Source: Thermoplasmata archaeon (lineage in GTDB: Archaea; Thermoplasmatota; Thermoplasmata; Lutacidiplasmatales; UBA184). Taken from it: a stretch of DNA of 64,000 bases. Below are positions 38,247 to 47,504 of the stretch, piece by piece; the stretch's first letter is position 1; the number at the start of each line of letters is the position of its first letter. The position numbers and the translations under genes are program-made. Where the stretch lies: assembly GCA_030037855.1 (NCBI GenBank), contig JASHPY010000077.1:2035-66034 (forward strand), in the 5' to 3' direction. The notes beneath the pieces are model-generated. The model saw only the letters and a program-made list of their open reading frames with translations. It had not been told where the DNA came from and did not search any database.

Positions 38247-38597
38247 TTAGGTTCTTCCCGAGTCGCGGGTCGGAGCGTCGGGGGCCGCGCCGGACCTCTC
38301 GATCCGACCCGTGCGCCCGAGCGAGACCTCGGGGCGACCCTTGTACTCCTTGACCCACCCTTCGACGATCCGCACGCGGTCGCCTTCGCCCACGAGGTCG
38401 ACCTCCCGGCCCCAGAGCACGATCACGACCTCGCCGGTGCCGTCGCGGAGGGTGCCCTGACGGAACTTCGTCGTGCCCCCGCTCCGCTGCTCGATCTCCC
38501 GCGGGGGATCGAGCTTCGCGATCGTCGCCTCGAACGTCGCGACCCGGCCGGGGCGCAGGTCGGAGATGAACGTCTTCGGGGGGGCCCCCTCGGTCAC
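38247..38597 (-). CDS. Single OB-fold ssDNA-binding protein (SSB/RPA-like)
   Basis: ISDLRPG, D.TG....VLWG, GD.VRI..GWVKEYKG...SLGR.G.I. Confidence 0.85.
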   Translation of the reverse strand: MTEGAPPKTFISDLRPGRVATFEATIAKLDPPREIEQRSGGTTKFRQGTLRDGTGEVVIVLWGREVDLVGEGDRVRIVEGWVKEYKGRPEVSLGRTGRIERSGAAPDAPTRDSGRT

Positions 38598-38671
38598 GCG
38601 AGGGCCCAGCCGGCCGGACGACAAGAGCGTTCGCCCCGGCGCCGACGCGGCCGCGACCGACCCGGGGCGGG

Positions 38672-39478
38672 CTAGATCTGGCGTCCCTCCTCGAGGTTCC
38701 GGGCGCGGATCCGGCGCAGGAGGATCGTCGCGGTGACGGCCAGCCCGACGGTCCATGCGGCGAGTCCGACGACGAGGAGCGGCCAGGCGAGCGTCACGGA
38801 GTCCGAGCTTCCGAGCATCACCGGCACCGGTGCGCCGGTGAACCCCTGGTAGAGGAGCGACGTGATGTCGTTGTACGGGGAGCCGTAGAGGAGCCACGTC
38901 GGGAGGGTCGTGAACGCCTGCCCGAGCCCGAACGCGTACGACAGGAGCAGCGGGACGTACCCGACCATGCTCGCGCTGCGGAGGCCGAGGTAGTTGATCA
39001 CGAGCAGCATCAGGTTCGTCGCGAGCGCCATGTAGAAGACTCCCGCACCGAGCGAGACCGCCACGAGCGCGGGCACGTTCGACGGGACGATCGCGGCGTG
39101 GAACCGCGCGCCGAAGATCGCGACCGTCCCACCGAGGATCACGAACCCGAGGATCAACCCGAAGATCGCCGACGCGAGGACGACCGCGCCAAGGTATCGG
39201 GCCGGCGTCAGCGTCGTGTAGCGAAACGCGTAGGCGAGCGCCGCCGACCCGTACGTGAGCGAGTTCGCGATCGCGATCGCGAGCATGCTGAGCGAAAGGA
39301 GGACGACGACGGCGTACCACGCGCCGGCGTACTCGGAGAGACCGGGTCCGCTCAACTGGTACCCGGACGACTCGACGTACGCCCCGATCACGATCCAGAA
39401 CAGCATGAACGCCGCCCCCCAGAACCAGAGGGAGCCGTTGGTGAGCAGCGACTTCGAATACGCGGCACCGAGGTTCAT
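38672..39478 (-). CDS. ABC transporter permease
   Basis: About 6 TM segments; start overlaps the ATPase stop. Confidence 0.75.
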   Translation of the reverse strand: MNLGAAYSKSLLTNGSLWFWGAAFMLFWIVIGAYVESSGYQLSGPGLSEYAGAWYAVVVLLSLSMLAIAIANSLTYGSAALAYAFRYTTLTPARYLGAVVLASAIFGLILGFVILGGTVAIFGARFHAAIVPSNVPALVAVSLGAGVFYMALATNLMLLVINYLGLRSASMVGYVPLLLSYAFGLGQAFTTLPTWLLYGSPYNDITSLLYQGFTGAPVPVMLGSSDSVTLAWPLLVVGLAAWTVGLAVTATILLRRIRARNLEEGRQI

Positions 39479-40260
39479 GCGATCGCCTCTACGAGCGCGT
39501 TCAGGCTCGTCGCGCTCTTCACCGGGATGTCGCCGTGGTCGAGCGTCACCGAGAACATGCCGACGCTCGTCTCGATCACCGCGAGGGCGCCGGGCTGGCG
39601 CCCGCGCGCGAGGTAGAGGCGGTCGACCTCGGCCGTCGGGAACGGTCCGAACAGCCGGCCCTCGAACATGAACGCGAGGCGCCAATTCTCGAACAGGCGC
39701 AGGAGCTCGAGCTCGTGCGTGCTGAGGAGGACCTCGGCCGGGAGCTCCTGGAGCAGCCGGGCGAGGCGACGCCGCCGCGAGAAGTCGACGTTGTCGAACG
39801 GCTCGTCCAGGAGAACGAGCCCGGACCCCCGGCTCACCGCGAGGAGGTCGCCGACGAGCTTCTGCTGACCGGTCGAGAGCTCGAAGATCCGCTTGTCGAG
39901 CGCGTCCTCGATCTCGAACTCCCGCACTCGATCGAGGAGCGGCGCGAGGTCGACCGCCTTCAGCCGGGCGAACACGGGGAGGAGGTCGCGGACGGGCAGG
40001 GAGACGAGGCGGTAGACGTCCGCAAGGTTCGTGGAAACGCTCGCCGTTCCCCGAGTGGTGCGCACGTCCTCGCCGAACACTCGAACGGTGCCCGAGCTGA
40101 TCGGCGCGAGGCCAAGCACGGCCCGGATCAGGGTCGTCTTGCCGCTGCCGTTCGCGCCGACCACGATCAGCTTCTCGCTCTCGAGCGTGAGCGAGACGTC
40201 GCGAATCGCCGGCGTTCGCCCCCGGCGGTACTGGACCGAGAGTTCCGCGATCTCGAGCAC
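39475..40260 (-). CDS. ABC transporter ATP-binding protein
   Basis: GANGSGKTT, LSTGQ, LLDEPFDNVD, STHE. Confidence 0.9.
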   Translation of the reverse strand: MLEIAELSVQYRRGRTPAIRDVSLTLESEKLIVVGANGSGKTTLIRAVLGLAPISSGTVRVFGEDVRTTRGTASVSTNLADVYRLVSLPVRDLLPVFARLKAVDLAPLLDRVREFEIEDALDKRIFELSTGQQKLVGDLLAVSRGSGLVLLDEPFDNVDFSRRRRLARLLQELPAEVLLSTHELELLRLFENWRLAFMFEGRLFGPFPTAEVDRLYLARGRQPGALAVIETSVGMFSVTLDHGDIPVKSATSLNALVEAIA

Positions 40261-40290
40261 GCCGGGGAGACGGCCGACCCGGCTCTTGCC

Positions 40291-40677
40291 CTAGGGAGTA
40301 AGTTCAGCGACTGAACCTGGGGGGGTTGCCCGGCCCCCCGTTCGGTCGGAGAGGCCCGCGAGCGTGCGGGAGAGCTCCGCGTAGACCGCGACCCCCTGCG
40401 GCGTGATCTCGACCTGGACCCGGGGACCGCCGATCGTGAAGACCATCCGGCTCCGCACGAGGCCCGCCGAGACGAGCTGGTCGAGGTGGTGGCTCAGGCT
40501 CCCCTTGGAGACCTGGGTGAGTTCGAGGAGCTCGGTGAAGCTCAAGCGGCGGTTGATCCCGAGCGAAAGAAGGATCAGCACGCGGACCGAGTTCCGCAGC
40601 GGCTCCTGGCGGAGGTACTCGCCGAGCGTCCGAAGGCCCGAACCGCCCGGAGCGGTCGGGTCAGCCGTCGGCGCCAA
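40291..40677 (-). CDS. Winged-helix transcriptional regulator (ArsR/HTH_34-like)
   Basis: R..IL..L...LSF.EL......SKG.LS.HL..L...G.V, ITPQG. Confidence 0.82.
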   Translation of the reverse strand: MAPTADPTAPGGSGLRTLGEYLRQEPLRNSVRVLILLSLGINRRLSFTELLELTQVSKGSLSHHLDQLVSAGLVRSRMVFTIGGPRVQVEITPQGVAVYAELSRTLAGLSDRTGGRATPPGSVAELTP

Positions 40678-41365
40678 CGGCGAGCTCCTCCGGTGCGTGA
40701 TACAGCGCGTAGACCGCGCAGAACGCCCAGCCGACGATCGGCACGATCCACGGGAGCGAGAACCAGGTCTGGTTGTGGGTGGCGACGAGCGCGACGGCCG
40801 AGCCGACGACGCCCACCGCGAACGTCGCGACCGCGACGAGCCCCTCCGCGGGGACGCGGGGGAACGTGCGTCGGACCGCGAGGAGGATCGACAGGTTGAT
40901 CGCGGCGAGGCTCGCGTCGAGCACGAGGAGCCCCGCGAACGAGCTCACGAACGCCGTCGACACGACCAGCGCGAACACGACCAAGCCGACGACGAGAGCC
41001 CAACCGAACCAGCGATACGCGCCGGGACGGGCCCCCCGCGCCTCGCGGAACCGGATCGCGCGGTACGTCTGGCCGAGCGTCCAGGAGGTCGCCCAGACCC
41101 CGATCAGCGTGATCGCGACGAGCACTCCGTAGTAGGCGAGCGCTTCGGCGAGATTGAAGCCGGGGATCCGGGGCGCGATCGACGCGGGAAAGAGGACGTA
41201 CGCCGCGAGCGCCCCGGCCCAGATCGCGTAGTAGACGCCCCAGGCCCGGCGAAGGAGATATCCCTGGAAGACGAGCGCGCGGTCGGCGGCCGCCCCCAGC
41301 GTCTGCGAGGCGTTCGCGTCGGTGATCTCCGTCGGTTCGGTGACGCCCGCGTTCACGAGCCCCAC
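40661..41365 (-). CDS. Hypothetical membrane protein (first gene of the regulator-ABC operon)
   Basis: About 6-7 TM segments, RRAWGVYYAIWA. Overlaps the regulator start. Confidence 0.65.
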   Translation of the reverse strand: MGLVNAGVTEPTEITDANASQTLGAAADRALVFQGYLLRRAWGVYYAIWAGALAAYVLFPASIAPRIPGFNLAEALAYYGVLVAITLIGVWATSWTLGQTYRAIRFREARGARPGAYRWFGWALVVGLVVFALVVSTAFVSSFAGLLVLDASLAAINLSILLAVRRTFPRVPAEGLVAVATFAVGVVGSAVALVATHNQTWFSLPWIVPIVGWAFCAVYALYHAPEELAVGADG

Positions 41366-41426
41366 GGTCGACGCCCAGCGCGGTACCGCGGTGGGGCGGT
41401 ATAGCTGCGCCGCTCCGCGCGACCGT

Positions 41427-41738
41427 TCAGAGGTCGCGGAGGATTCGCTCGACCTCGTGCGCGACCCGGTCGAGCTCCTCCGCCGCCTTGCGCGACGCCC
41501 TCCGGGCCGAGCCGGTGGGGTCGCGTGCCGCCCGCTTTGCCTCGCGGCCGACGCGGTGGGAGAGATGCTCGGTCGTTCGGGCGAGCTCCTTCGCCGCGCG
41601 CTTCACCTCATCGATCGCCTGCTCGATCGTGGGGAGCTTCGATCGGCCGGCCGCGACGGGCGGCATCGCGAACGACCCGCAGGCCGGGCAGGTGGGACTA
41701 CCGGACGGGATCTCCGTTCCGCACTGGGGACAGAACAT
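41427..41738 (-). CDS. Zinc-ribbon plus coiled-coil small protein
   Basis: MFCPQCG....CPACG followed by a charged helical region. Confidence 0.75.
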   Translation of the reverse strand: MFCPQCGTEIPSGSPTCPACGSFAMPPVAAGRSKLPTIEQAIDEVKRAAKELARTTEHLSHRVGREAKRAARDPTGSARRASRKAAEELDRVAHEVERILRDL

Positions 41739-41835
41739 GATGCCACCTCCCCAACGAGCGGCGGTGCCCTACATGAAGCCGGCTCTCGCCTCGGGAGCAG
41801 ACATCATCCGCTCGCGGGGTCGTCCCCGCACCGCG

Positions 41836-42708
41836 GTGCGCGCTCGAGTCGACTCTCCGGCGGACGGTTTGACCGGAGTCATCCTCGCGGGGGGCCGCTC
41901 GCAGCGGTTCGGTTCGGACAAGCTCCGTGCGCGCGTCGCGGGGCGAACGGCGATCTCCCGGGTGGTCGGTCGCGTCCGTCCTCTCGTCCGTCGGCTGATG
42001 ATCTCGACGGCGTCCGACGGGGCGTGTCCACCGCTGCCCCGGAACGTCGCCGCGACGGTGGAGTTCGTTCCCGACCGGAACGTGGGTCGCCGCGCGGGTC
42101 CGGCCGCCGCGATCGCCGGCGCCCTGTCCCGCGTACCGAACGGGCCGGTCCTCGTGGTGCCCGGCGACATGCCCTGGATCGAGCGCGCCGCGCTGCGCCG
42201 TTTGGTGGCGGAGGGAACCGCGAGCGGCGCCGACGTGGCCGTGCCGTGCTGGCCGAGCGGGGAAACCGAGAATCTGGTCCAGTGGCACCGCGACGCGGGC
42301 GGGATCGGACGCCTCGTCCCACGAGACGCACGCTCCTGGGCCGGGCGGCGTGCGTCGGAGTTCCTCCGGGCCTTACCTCGCACCCGCGTCGTCCCCCTGT
42401 CGACCCTCACCCACCGGCCGATCAGCTTCGCCCACCTCACGTTCCGCTCCGACCTCCATCGTCCGCGCGCCCGCGGGACCCGGGGACCCTGGACGCGGCC
42501 GAGAACGATCGAAGGGGAGCCCAAACAGTGGTACCGACGGGCTCACCTCTCGAGGGCGGCGGGACGCGGAACGGAGTCGGAGCGAGCGTTCCTCAGGGAA
42601 GCCGCGTGGTACGACAACGCCGTGCTCCCCCTCCTCGCGGACCACGCGCGCTCGGATGCGACGCGCGCCACGTCTTATCGTCCGGGACGGGGTCCCCCTT
42701 CGGGATGA
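41836..42708 (+). CDS. mobA: Molybdenum cofactor guanylyltransferase with a C-terminal helical extension
   Basis: GVILAGGRSQRFGSDK, GP...I, PGDMPWI; near fdhD. Start uncertain (alternative ATG 41773). Confidence 0.75.
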   Translation: MRARVDSPADGLTGVILAGGRSQRFGSDKLRARVAGRTAISRVVGRVRPLVRRLMISTASDGACPPLPRNVAATVEFVPDRNVGRRAGPAAAIAGALSRVPNGPVLVVPGDMPWIERAALRRLVAEGTASGADVAVPCWPSGETENLVQWHRDAGGIGRLVPRDARSWAGRRASEFLRALPRTRVVPLSTLTHRPISFAHLTFRSDLHRPRARGTRGPWTRPRTIEGEPKQWYRRAHLSRAAGRGTESERAFLREAAWYDNAVLPLLADHARSDATRATSYRPGRGPPSG

Positions 42709-42980
42709 CGGGGTGCGCGGTCTGCGGAGGCGCCCTGCCGCCGAGCGACTCCCGCCCCGCGCTGCGCGCGGCGGATCGGATCGTGCACGTCGCGTGCGCG
42801 CCGGCTCCGATCCTCGAGAGCGCGTACGAGGAGTACACCGCGATCGTCCGCAAGGGGGTCCGATACTTCGTCGAGAAGTACGCGGCGTCCGCGATCGCGC
42901 CGCCGGACGTCGGTGCCACGTTCCTCGAGATCGGCCGTTCGCTCGGCCAGGAGCGGGAACGCCGAGCCCGGCCGCCGTAG
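42705..42980 (+). CDS. Small CxxC...HxxC zinc-finger protein
   Basis: MTGCAVCGG...IVHVAC...YEEYTAIVRKGVRYFVEKY. ATGA overlap with the mobA stop. Confidence 0.65.
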   Translation: MTGCAVCGGALPPSDSRPALRAADRIVHVACAPAPILESAYEEYTAIVRKGVRYFVEKYAASAIAPPDVGATFLEIGRSLGQERERRARPP

Positions 42981-43038
42981 GGCGATCGAGCTCGCGACTC
43001 GGGTCCGTCATTAGTCCGTCGGTGCTGGACCCTCGTCG

Positions 43039-43902
43039 ATGATCGCCTCGGGTGGGGCACCCACCGAGAGGATCCGGGTCACCGAGGTACGCTCGGATGG
43101 CCGCCGAGAGCGCGACGACGAAGCGGCGACCGAAGAGCCGCTCGAGGTCCGCGTCGTGCCGGCCGGCGCGGAGGAGGGGGTGCGGTACCGCATCGCGGTG
43201 ACGATGCGCACCCCGGGCGCTGACTTCGAGCTCGCGGCGGGATTCCTCTACTCGGAGGGTCTTCTCCACTCCCCGGGCGACCTCACCCGCATCGCCTACT
43301 GTACCGACCCCGACGAACCGCAGCGGTTCAACATCGTCCAGGTGTCGCTCGCCCCCGGGGTCCCGTTCGACGCCGAACGGTTCCGGCGGAACGTCTACAC
43401 GACCTCGAGCTGCGGCGTCTGCGGGAAGGCGGCGATCGAACAGGTGACCACCGCCGTCGCGCGGCGACCGGTCGGCCGGTTCGCGATCGACCCCCGGACG
43501 CTCGGATCGCTGCCGGGTCGGATCGCCTCGACCCAGCGGGTGTTCGGCCGAACCGGGGGCCTGCATGCCGCGGCACTGTTCACGCCCGGCGGAGAGCTCC
43601 TCCTCCTGCGCGAGGACGTGGGCCGGCACAACGCGGTCGACAAGCTCGTCGGGCAGCGGCTGCTCTCGCGGGCCCTTCCCGACAGCGACACGGTCCTCCT
43701 CGTTACCGGCCGCGCCGGCTTCGAGCTCGTGCAGAAGGCCGCCGTCGCGGGGATCCCGTTCCTCGCCGCGATCGGTGCCCCGAGCTCGCTCGCGATCTCG
43801 CTCGCCCGGGACGAAGGCATGACCCTGGTCGGGTTCCTGCGGGAGGGGCGTTTCAACGTCTACTCGGGCGAGACGCGCATCGCGGCGGAGGAACGCGACT
43901 AG
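43039..43902 (+). CDS. fdhD: Formate dehydrogenase accessory sulfurtransferase FdhD
   Basis: EEPLE, TMRTPG.D.ELA.GFL.SEG, SSCGVCGK, TGGLHAA, REDVGRHNAVDK. Confidence 0.95.
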   Translation: MIASGGAPTERIRVTEVRSDGRRERDDEAATEEPLEVRVVPAGAEEGVRYRIAVTMRTPGADFELAAGFLYSEGLLHSPGDLTRIAYCTDPDEPQRFNIVQVSLAPGVPFDAERFRRNVYTTSSCGVCGKAAIEQVTTAVARRPVGRFAIDPRTLGSLPGRIASTQRVFGRTGGLHAAALFTPGGELLLLREDVGRHNAVDKLVGQRLLSRALPDSDTVLLVTGRAGFELVQKAAVAGIPFLAAIGAPSSLAISLARDEGMTLVGFLREGRFNVYSGETRIAAEERD

Positions 43903-44483
43903 CCGCCGCGGAGCGCGAACGACTGGACCGCGGGTCGCACCGCTCCCTCGTCCACGACGAGGGTGAGGTGGTCGATCGTCACCGTACGGCGGACGTCCCG
44001 GCCCCGGAGGGCGGCGAGGACCTCGCGAACCTCGGCGGCCGAGGGGGGCGTGTCGTACTCCTCGTCGCGGTAGGCGAGAGAGACGTGCGGGACCCAACGA
44101 CCGGGCGCGTAGAGGCCGGACTCGTGCTCGGCACGCGGAGAGCAGATCCCCCACCGCGCTCGGTGGAGGTCGTGCAGGCGTCGGTCCGCCTCGGTCGCGA
44201 GGAAGACCACGGGCCAGTCGCCCGAGAACGTCTCGACGCACGTCAGTTGCACGGGGAACGCCCCCGTCCGACGGGCGAGCGACTCGAGCGCCTCCTCGAG
44301 CGGCGCTCGTTCGTAGCGACCGGCGATGTGGTAACTGAAGTGCGGGAACGGCATCACGAAAATCCCTCGGAGTCCGACTCGCTCGTCGAGCTCCCTCCAG
44401 ATCGTCCGGACCGCGTCGGTCGCGGGCCCGTCGCGCAACGACACGACTCCGATCGCTCGTCTTGGCCTTCCCGGCGCCCGCAT
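43899..44483 (-). CDS. 2H phosphoesterase (2'-5' RNA ligase family)
   Basis: Two HxS motifs: PHFSY and WVPHVSLA. Confidence 0.75.
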   Translation of the reverse strand: MRAPGRPRRAIGVVSLRDGPATDAVRTIWRELDERVGLRGIFVMPFPHFSYHIAGRYERAPLEEALESLARRTGAFPVQLTCVETFSGDWPVVFLATEADRRLHDLHRARWGICSPRAEHESGLYAPGRWVPHVSLAYRDEEYDTPPSAAEVREVLAALRGRDVRRTVTIDHLTLVVDEGAVRPAVQSFALRGG

Positions 44484-44618
44484 CGGAGGCTGGTCGGATG
44501 CGCCCCGGCTAGGAAGGAATTCGTGGGACCGCGCGCGGGGGCGAGCCGCCGGCGAGGGACGCGGCGGCAGGGGAGCCCCGAGCGCGTCGCTGCGCCCGGA
44601 GCGGAAGGGGTGGGCGCT

Positions 44619-45110
44619 CTACGCGACCGCGACCTTGACCTCGTCCGACGACGGGGTGGGGGTCAGCTTCGGCAGCTCGAGCTCGAGCACGCCGTTCTCG
44701 ACCTTCGCCTTCGCCTCGGCGGCCACGACCGGCTCGGGCATCTCGAGGCTGCGGTAGAAGCCCGCGTACGTCCGCTCCTGATGGACGTAGTCGGTCTGCT
44801 TCGTCTCGGTGGTCGTGGCGTGGTCGCCTCGGATCTCGACCGTCGTCCCGCGGACGCGTACGTCGAGCTGCTCCTTCGGCACCCCCGGAAGGTCGGCGGT
44901 GATCCGGTAGGACGCGCCGGTGTCCGCGACGTCGATGCGGGGCGCCCGGAAGAACTTCGGGGCGGTCGCGCCTTCGACCGGACCGAACCGGTGGCCGAAC
45001 GGCGTCAGACCGAACGCTCGGAAGAACTCGGCCCGCGACTGCTCGAGGGCTGCGTCCAGCTCGCTCCACGGGTCGGCCGGCGTCTCTCCTTTCTGAATCT
45101 CTTTCGTCAT
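44619..45110 (-). CDS. Small heat shock protein (Hsp20/alpha-crystallin)
   Basis: P.IDV.D, ADLPGV.KE, ER.Y..F.RS, A..ENGVLE..LPK. GAGGTGG RBS upstream. Confidence 0.93.
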   Translation of the reverse strand: MTKEIQKGETPADPWSELDAALEQSRAEFFRAFGLTPFGHRFGPVEGATAPKFFRAPRIDVADTGASYRITADLPGVPKEQLDVRVRGTTVEIRGDHATTTETKQTDYVHQERTYAGFYRSLEMPEPVVAAEAKAKVENGVLELELPKLTPTPSSDEVKVAVA

Positions 45111-45126
45111 GTTCCACCTCGAGGTT

Positions 45127-45163
45127 TTACAACAAGTGTAAGTTATCATTCGTATATAATGAT
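45127..45163 (-). promoter_or_regulatory. hsp20 promoter with two inverted repeats
   Basis: TTACA-N5-TGTAA at 45127-45141. ATCATT-N7-AATGAT at 45145-45163 surrounds the TATA-like TATATA. Confidence 0.6.
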
Positions 45164-45265
45164 GTCTATCGAACCGATCGCTACGAATGCCTCGCCGACG
45201 AACGGAGCGACGCCGGATCTCCGCCCGCGGTTCTATGGGGGGCCTCGCTTCTCCGTCGTTCGGAG

Positions 45266-46051
45266 ATGACCGCGAGCCGTCGAGCCGGACGGGGTGGGCG
45301 ACGGCTCTTCCTGCGTCTCGTCCGATTCGACCCCGACGCGGAGGTCACCGCGGTCGAGCGGCGTGCGCTCCGTACGTTCACCGAGAACATCGATCGGGTC
45401 GGGCGGTTGGTCGGACACGGCGCCCTCCTCGACCCCGCGGGGGACTTCCTCATCTTCCGGGCCGCCGACCGCGCCGAGGCGGAGCGCGCCCTGCGGGCGG
45501 ACCCGTTGAAGCGCCTCGCCGGAGTTCGCTACGAGCTCCTCGAGTGGAGCCCGAGCGAGGCCGGCACCGGCGTGAGCCTCGAGCCGCCGCCCGCGCGGGG
45601 CTCGGGTCGTCTCACGCTGCTCCAGCGGGTCCCCGTCGTCGTCAGCGACCAGCGTCGGGCGATCGACTGGTACCGGGATGTCCTCGGGCTCACGGTCCTC
45701 GCGCAGGACCCCGACACGGCGTACGTCGAGCTCGGCCTCGGTCCGGGGACGACCGCGATCTCGCTGATCACCCCGCGGGCGGAGTGGGGCGAACCGTACT
45801 ACTCCCAGACGAAGGCACGGATGGGGATCCTGACCGGCATCGTGTTCCGGACCGACAACGTTGACGCGCTCGCGCTCCGGCTGCGTCACGCGCACGCCCG
45901 GATCCTCCGGGCGGTCGAGCAGCAGCCGTGGGGAGAGCGGACGTTGCTATTCTCGGACCCGGACGGGAACGAGCTGCTCGCGTTCGACCGGATCGAGGAA
46001 CACAGTACCCGCTCCGAGCGGGCGGCGGCGCCCGCCGCTCGGCGGATCTAA
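45266..46051 (+). CDS. YciI-like domain fused to a VOC/glyoxalase domain
   Basis: G.L.DPAG.FLIF.A....AE.....DP (YciI-like), then V.V.DQ.RA..WY..VLG...QPWG..FSDPDGN. Confidence 0.75.
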   Translation: MTASRRAGRGGRRLFLRLVRFDPDAEVTAVERRALRTFTENIDRVGRLVGHGALLDPAGDFLIFRAADRAEAERALRADPLKRLAGVRYELLEWSPSEAGTGVSLEPPPARGSGRLTLLQRVPVVVSDQRRAIDWYRDVLGLTVLAQDPDTAYVELGLGPGTTAISLITPRAEWGEPYYSQTKARMGILTGIVFRTDNVDALALRLRHAHARILRAVEQQPWGERTLLFSDPDGNELLAFDRIEEHSTRSERAAAPAARRI

Positions 46052-46632
46052 TCCCGTCGGTTCCCGGTCCGATGCCGGGGCGAGCGCGGCAGCCGCCGCG
46101 GCTCGAGCTGACCGATCAGGAGCCGCACGTGCTCCTTGGCGATCGCGTCCGCGAGAACGAACGTGACCCCCTCCCCGGGAATGCCGTAGAGGACGGTGGC
46201 GGTCGGGGGCAGCGACTCGACCAGCGCGAGCGAACCCAGGTCCTCCTCCCCGTCGACCTCGATGAGCCCACCGCCCGCCGCGATCGTCGAGCGAACGGCG
46301 GCGCGGAGCGCTTCCGTCAGGAACCCGGCCGGGTTGACGACCCGCACGCGTCGCCGGGCCGCGAGCGGAGCGAACGTGCCCCGGGGGATCGGCTCCTGCC
46401 GCCGCGTCGTGTAGTCGACGATCCCGACCAGCGGCAGGTGCCCGAGCTCGATCGCTCGCGCCGTCACTCGGTCGCCGCAGGTCGCGAAGAGGCCGAGCGC
46501 GCGGATCCGCCGGTCGGCTTCCTCGCCCGCGTAGACCGGACCGTACCGCTCGGCGAGCGTCGGGCGGAGCGACTCGGGGACCGCCCAGGCGCGCTCGTCA
46601 CTTGACGCGGAGCGCGTACCGGCCCGCGGCAT
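46048..46632 (-). CDS. GTP-dependent dephospho-CoA kinase (DUF359)
   Basis: CGDRVT, IVDY.TRR, NPAG, VDGEEDL, VLYG.PGEG. Canonical position after spt4. Confidence 0.88.
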   Translation of the reverse strand: MPRAGTRSASSDERAWAVPESLRPTLAERYGPVYAGEEADRRIRALGLFATCGDRVTARAIELGHLPLVGIVDYTTRRQEPIPRGTFAPLAARRRVRVVNPAGFLTEALRAAVRSTIAAGGGLIEVDGEEDLGSLALVESLPPTATVLYGIPGEGVTFVLADAIAKEHVRLLIGQLEPRRLPRSPRHRTGNRRD

Positions 46633-46783
46633 GGATCCCCATCTTCCGGGCGATCTCCGACTTCTCGGGGTCGATCACGACAAGGTAGCCCTGCCACTCG
46701 CGCGAGACCTCCCCGCCGCATCGGGGACACTTCGCCTGGTCGGTGATCGTGTTGCAGTTCTTGCACGCCTTGAGGTTGATCAT
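46598..46783 (-). CDS. spt4: Transcription elongation factor Spt4 (RpoE2)
   Basis: KACKNC...CPRCG..S.EW.G...IDPEKSEIA..MGI...GRYALRV. Confidence 0.95.
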   Translation of the reverse strand: MINLKACKNCNTITDQAKCPRCGGEVSREWQGYLVVIDPEKSEIARKMGIHAAGRYALRVK

Positions 46784-47439
46784 GTCGACTCCGCCGGCGC
46801 CGGTGCCGCCGGCTTCGCGGTCGCGGCGACCGGCTTCGGGGGGACGCGCTTCCCAGCCGGCGGACCGCTCTTCTTCCCGCCCTTCTCCTCGGTGCGCTTG
46901 TGCAGCTCCTGGATCCACTCGAGGCGTCCGAGCGCCGGCTGGCGCATCGTGAGCCCGATGCGGCTGTCGCGCGGCGAGATCTCGGAGAGCGAGAGCGAGA
47001 CAACCCGCGCACGGACCTTGTAGCCGACCTTGAGGTCCTTCTTCGACTCGACGCCGACGAGCCGCTGGTTGTGCTCGTCGATGTTGACGCGGTCGTCCAT
47101 GATCTGGGAGACGTGGAGCAGTCCGTCGAGCGGCCCGAATCGGACGAACGCCCCGAACTTCCGGATCTCGACGACCGAGCCCTCGACGACCTCCTGGATC
47201 TCAGGGCGGAAGAGGAGCGCCTGGTACTCCACTTCCTGATAGACCCCGCCGTCGCCGTGGATGATGTGGCCCTCGCCGAGCGGCTTCACGTCGCGGATCG
47301 TCACGGCGAGGTTCTGCCCGTCCACGAGCTTCCCCTCGAACTGCTGCTGGGCGAGCTCGGTGAGGACGTTCGAGAGCTCGGGGCCGAGCCGCTCCGGCGG
47401 GATGCGGACGACGTCGCGACGGTGGTCCAGGTAGTACAT
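46780..47439 (-). CDS. rpoE1: DNA-directed RNA polymerase subunit E' (Rpo7)
   Basis: D.VRIPP, G.IIHGDGGVY, EVVEG.V.EI..FGAFV..GPLDGLLHVSQIMDD, IGLTMRQP.LG.LEWI. Confidence 0.96.
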   Translation of the reverse strand: MYYLDHRRDVVRIPPERLGPELSNVLTELAQQQFEGKLVDGQNLAVTIRDVKPLGEGHIIHGDGGVYQEVEYQALLFRPEIQEVVEGSVVEIRKFGAFVRFGPLDGLLHVSQIMDDRVNIDEHNQRLVGVESKKDLKVGYKVRARVVSLSLSEISPRDSRIGLTMRQPALGRLEWIQELHKRTEEKGGKKSGPPAGKRVPPKPVAATAKPAAPAPAEST

Positions 47440-47504
47440 TCGCCGCGCGCGAGCGGGACGGTCTATAAGATAATTGGGGTCTCGGAAAGTGGAGCGGCCG
47501 GTCG

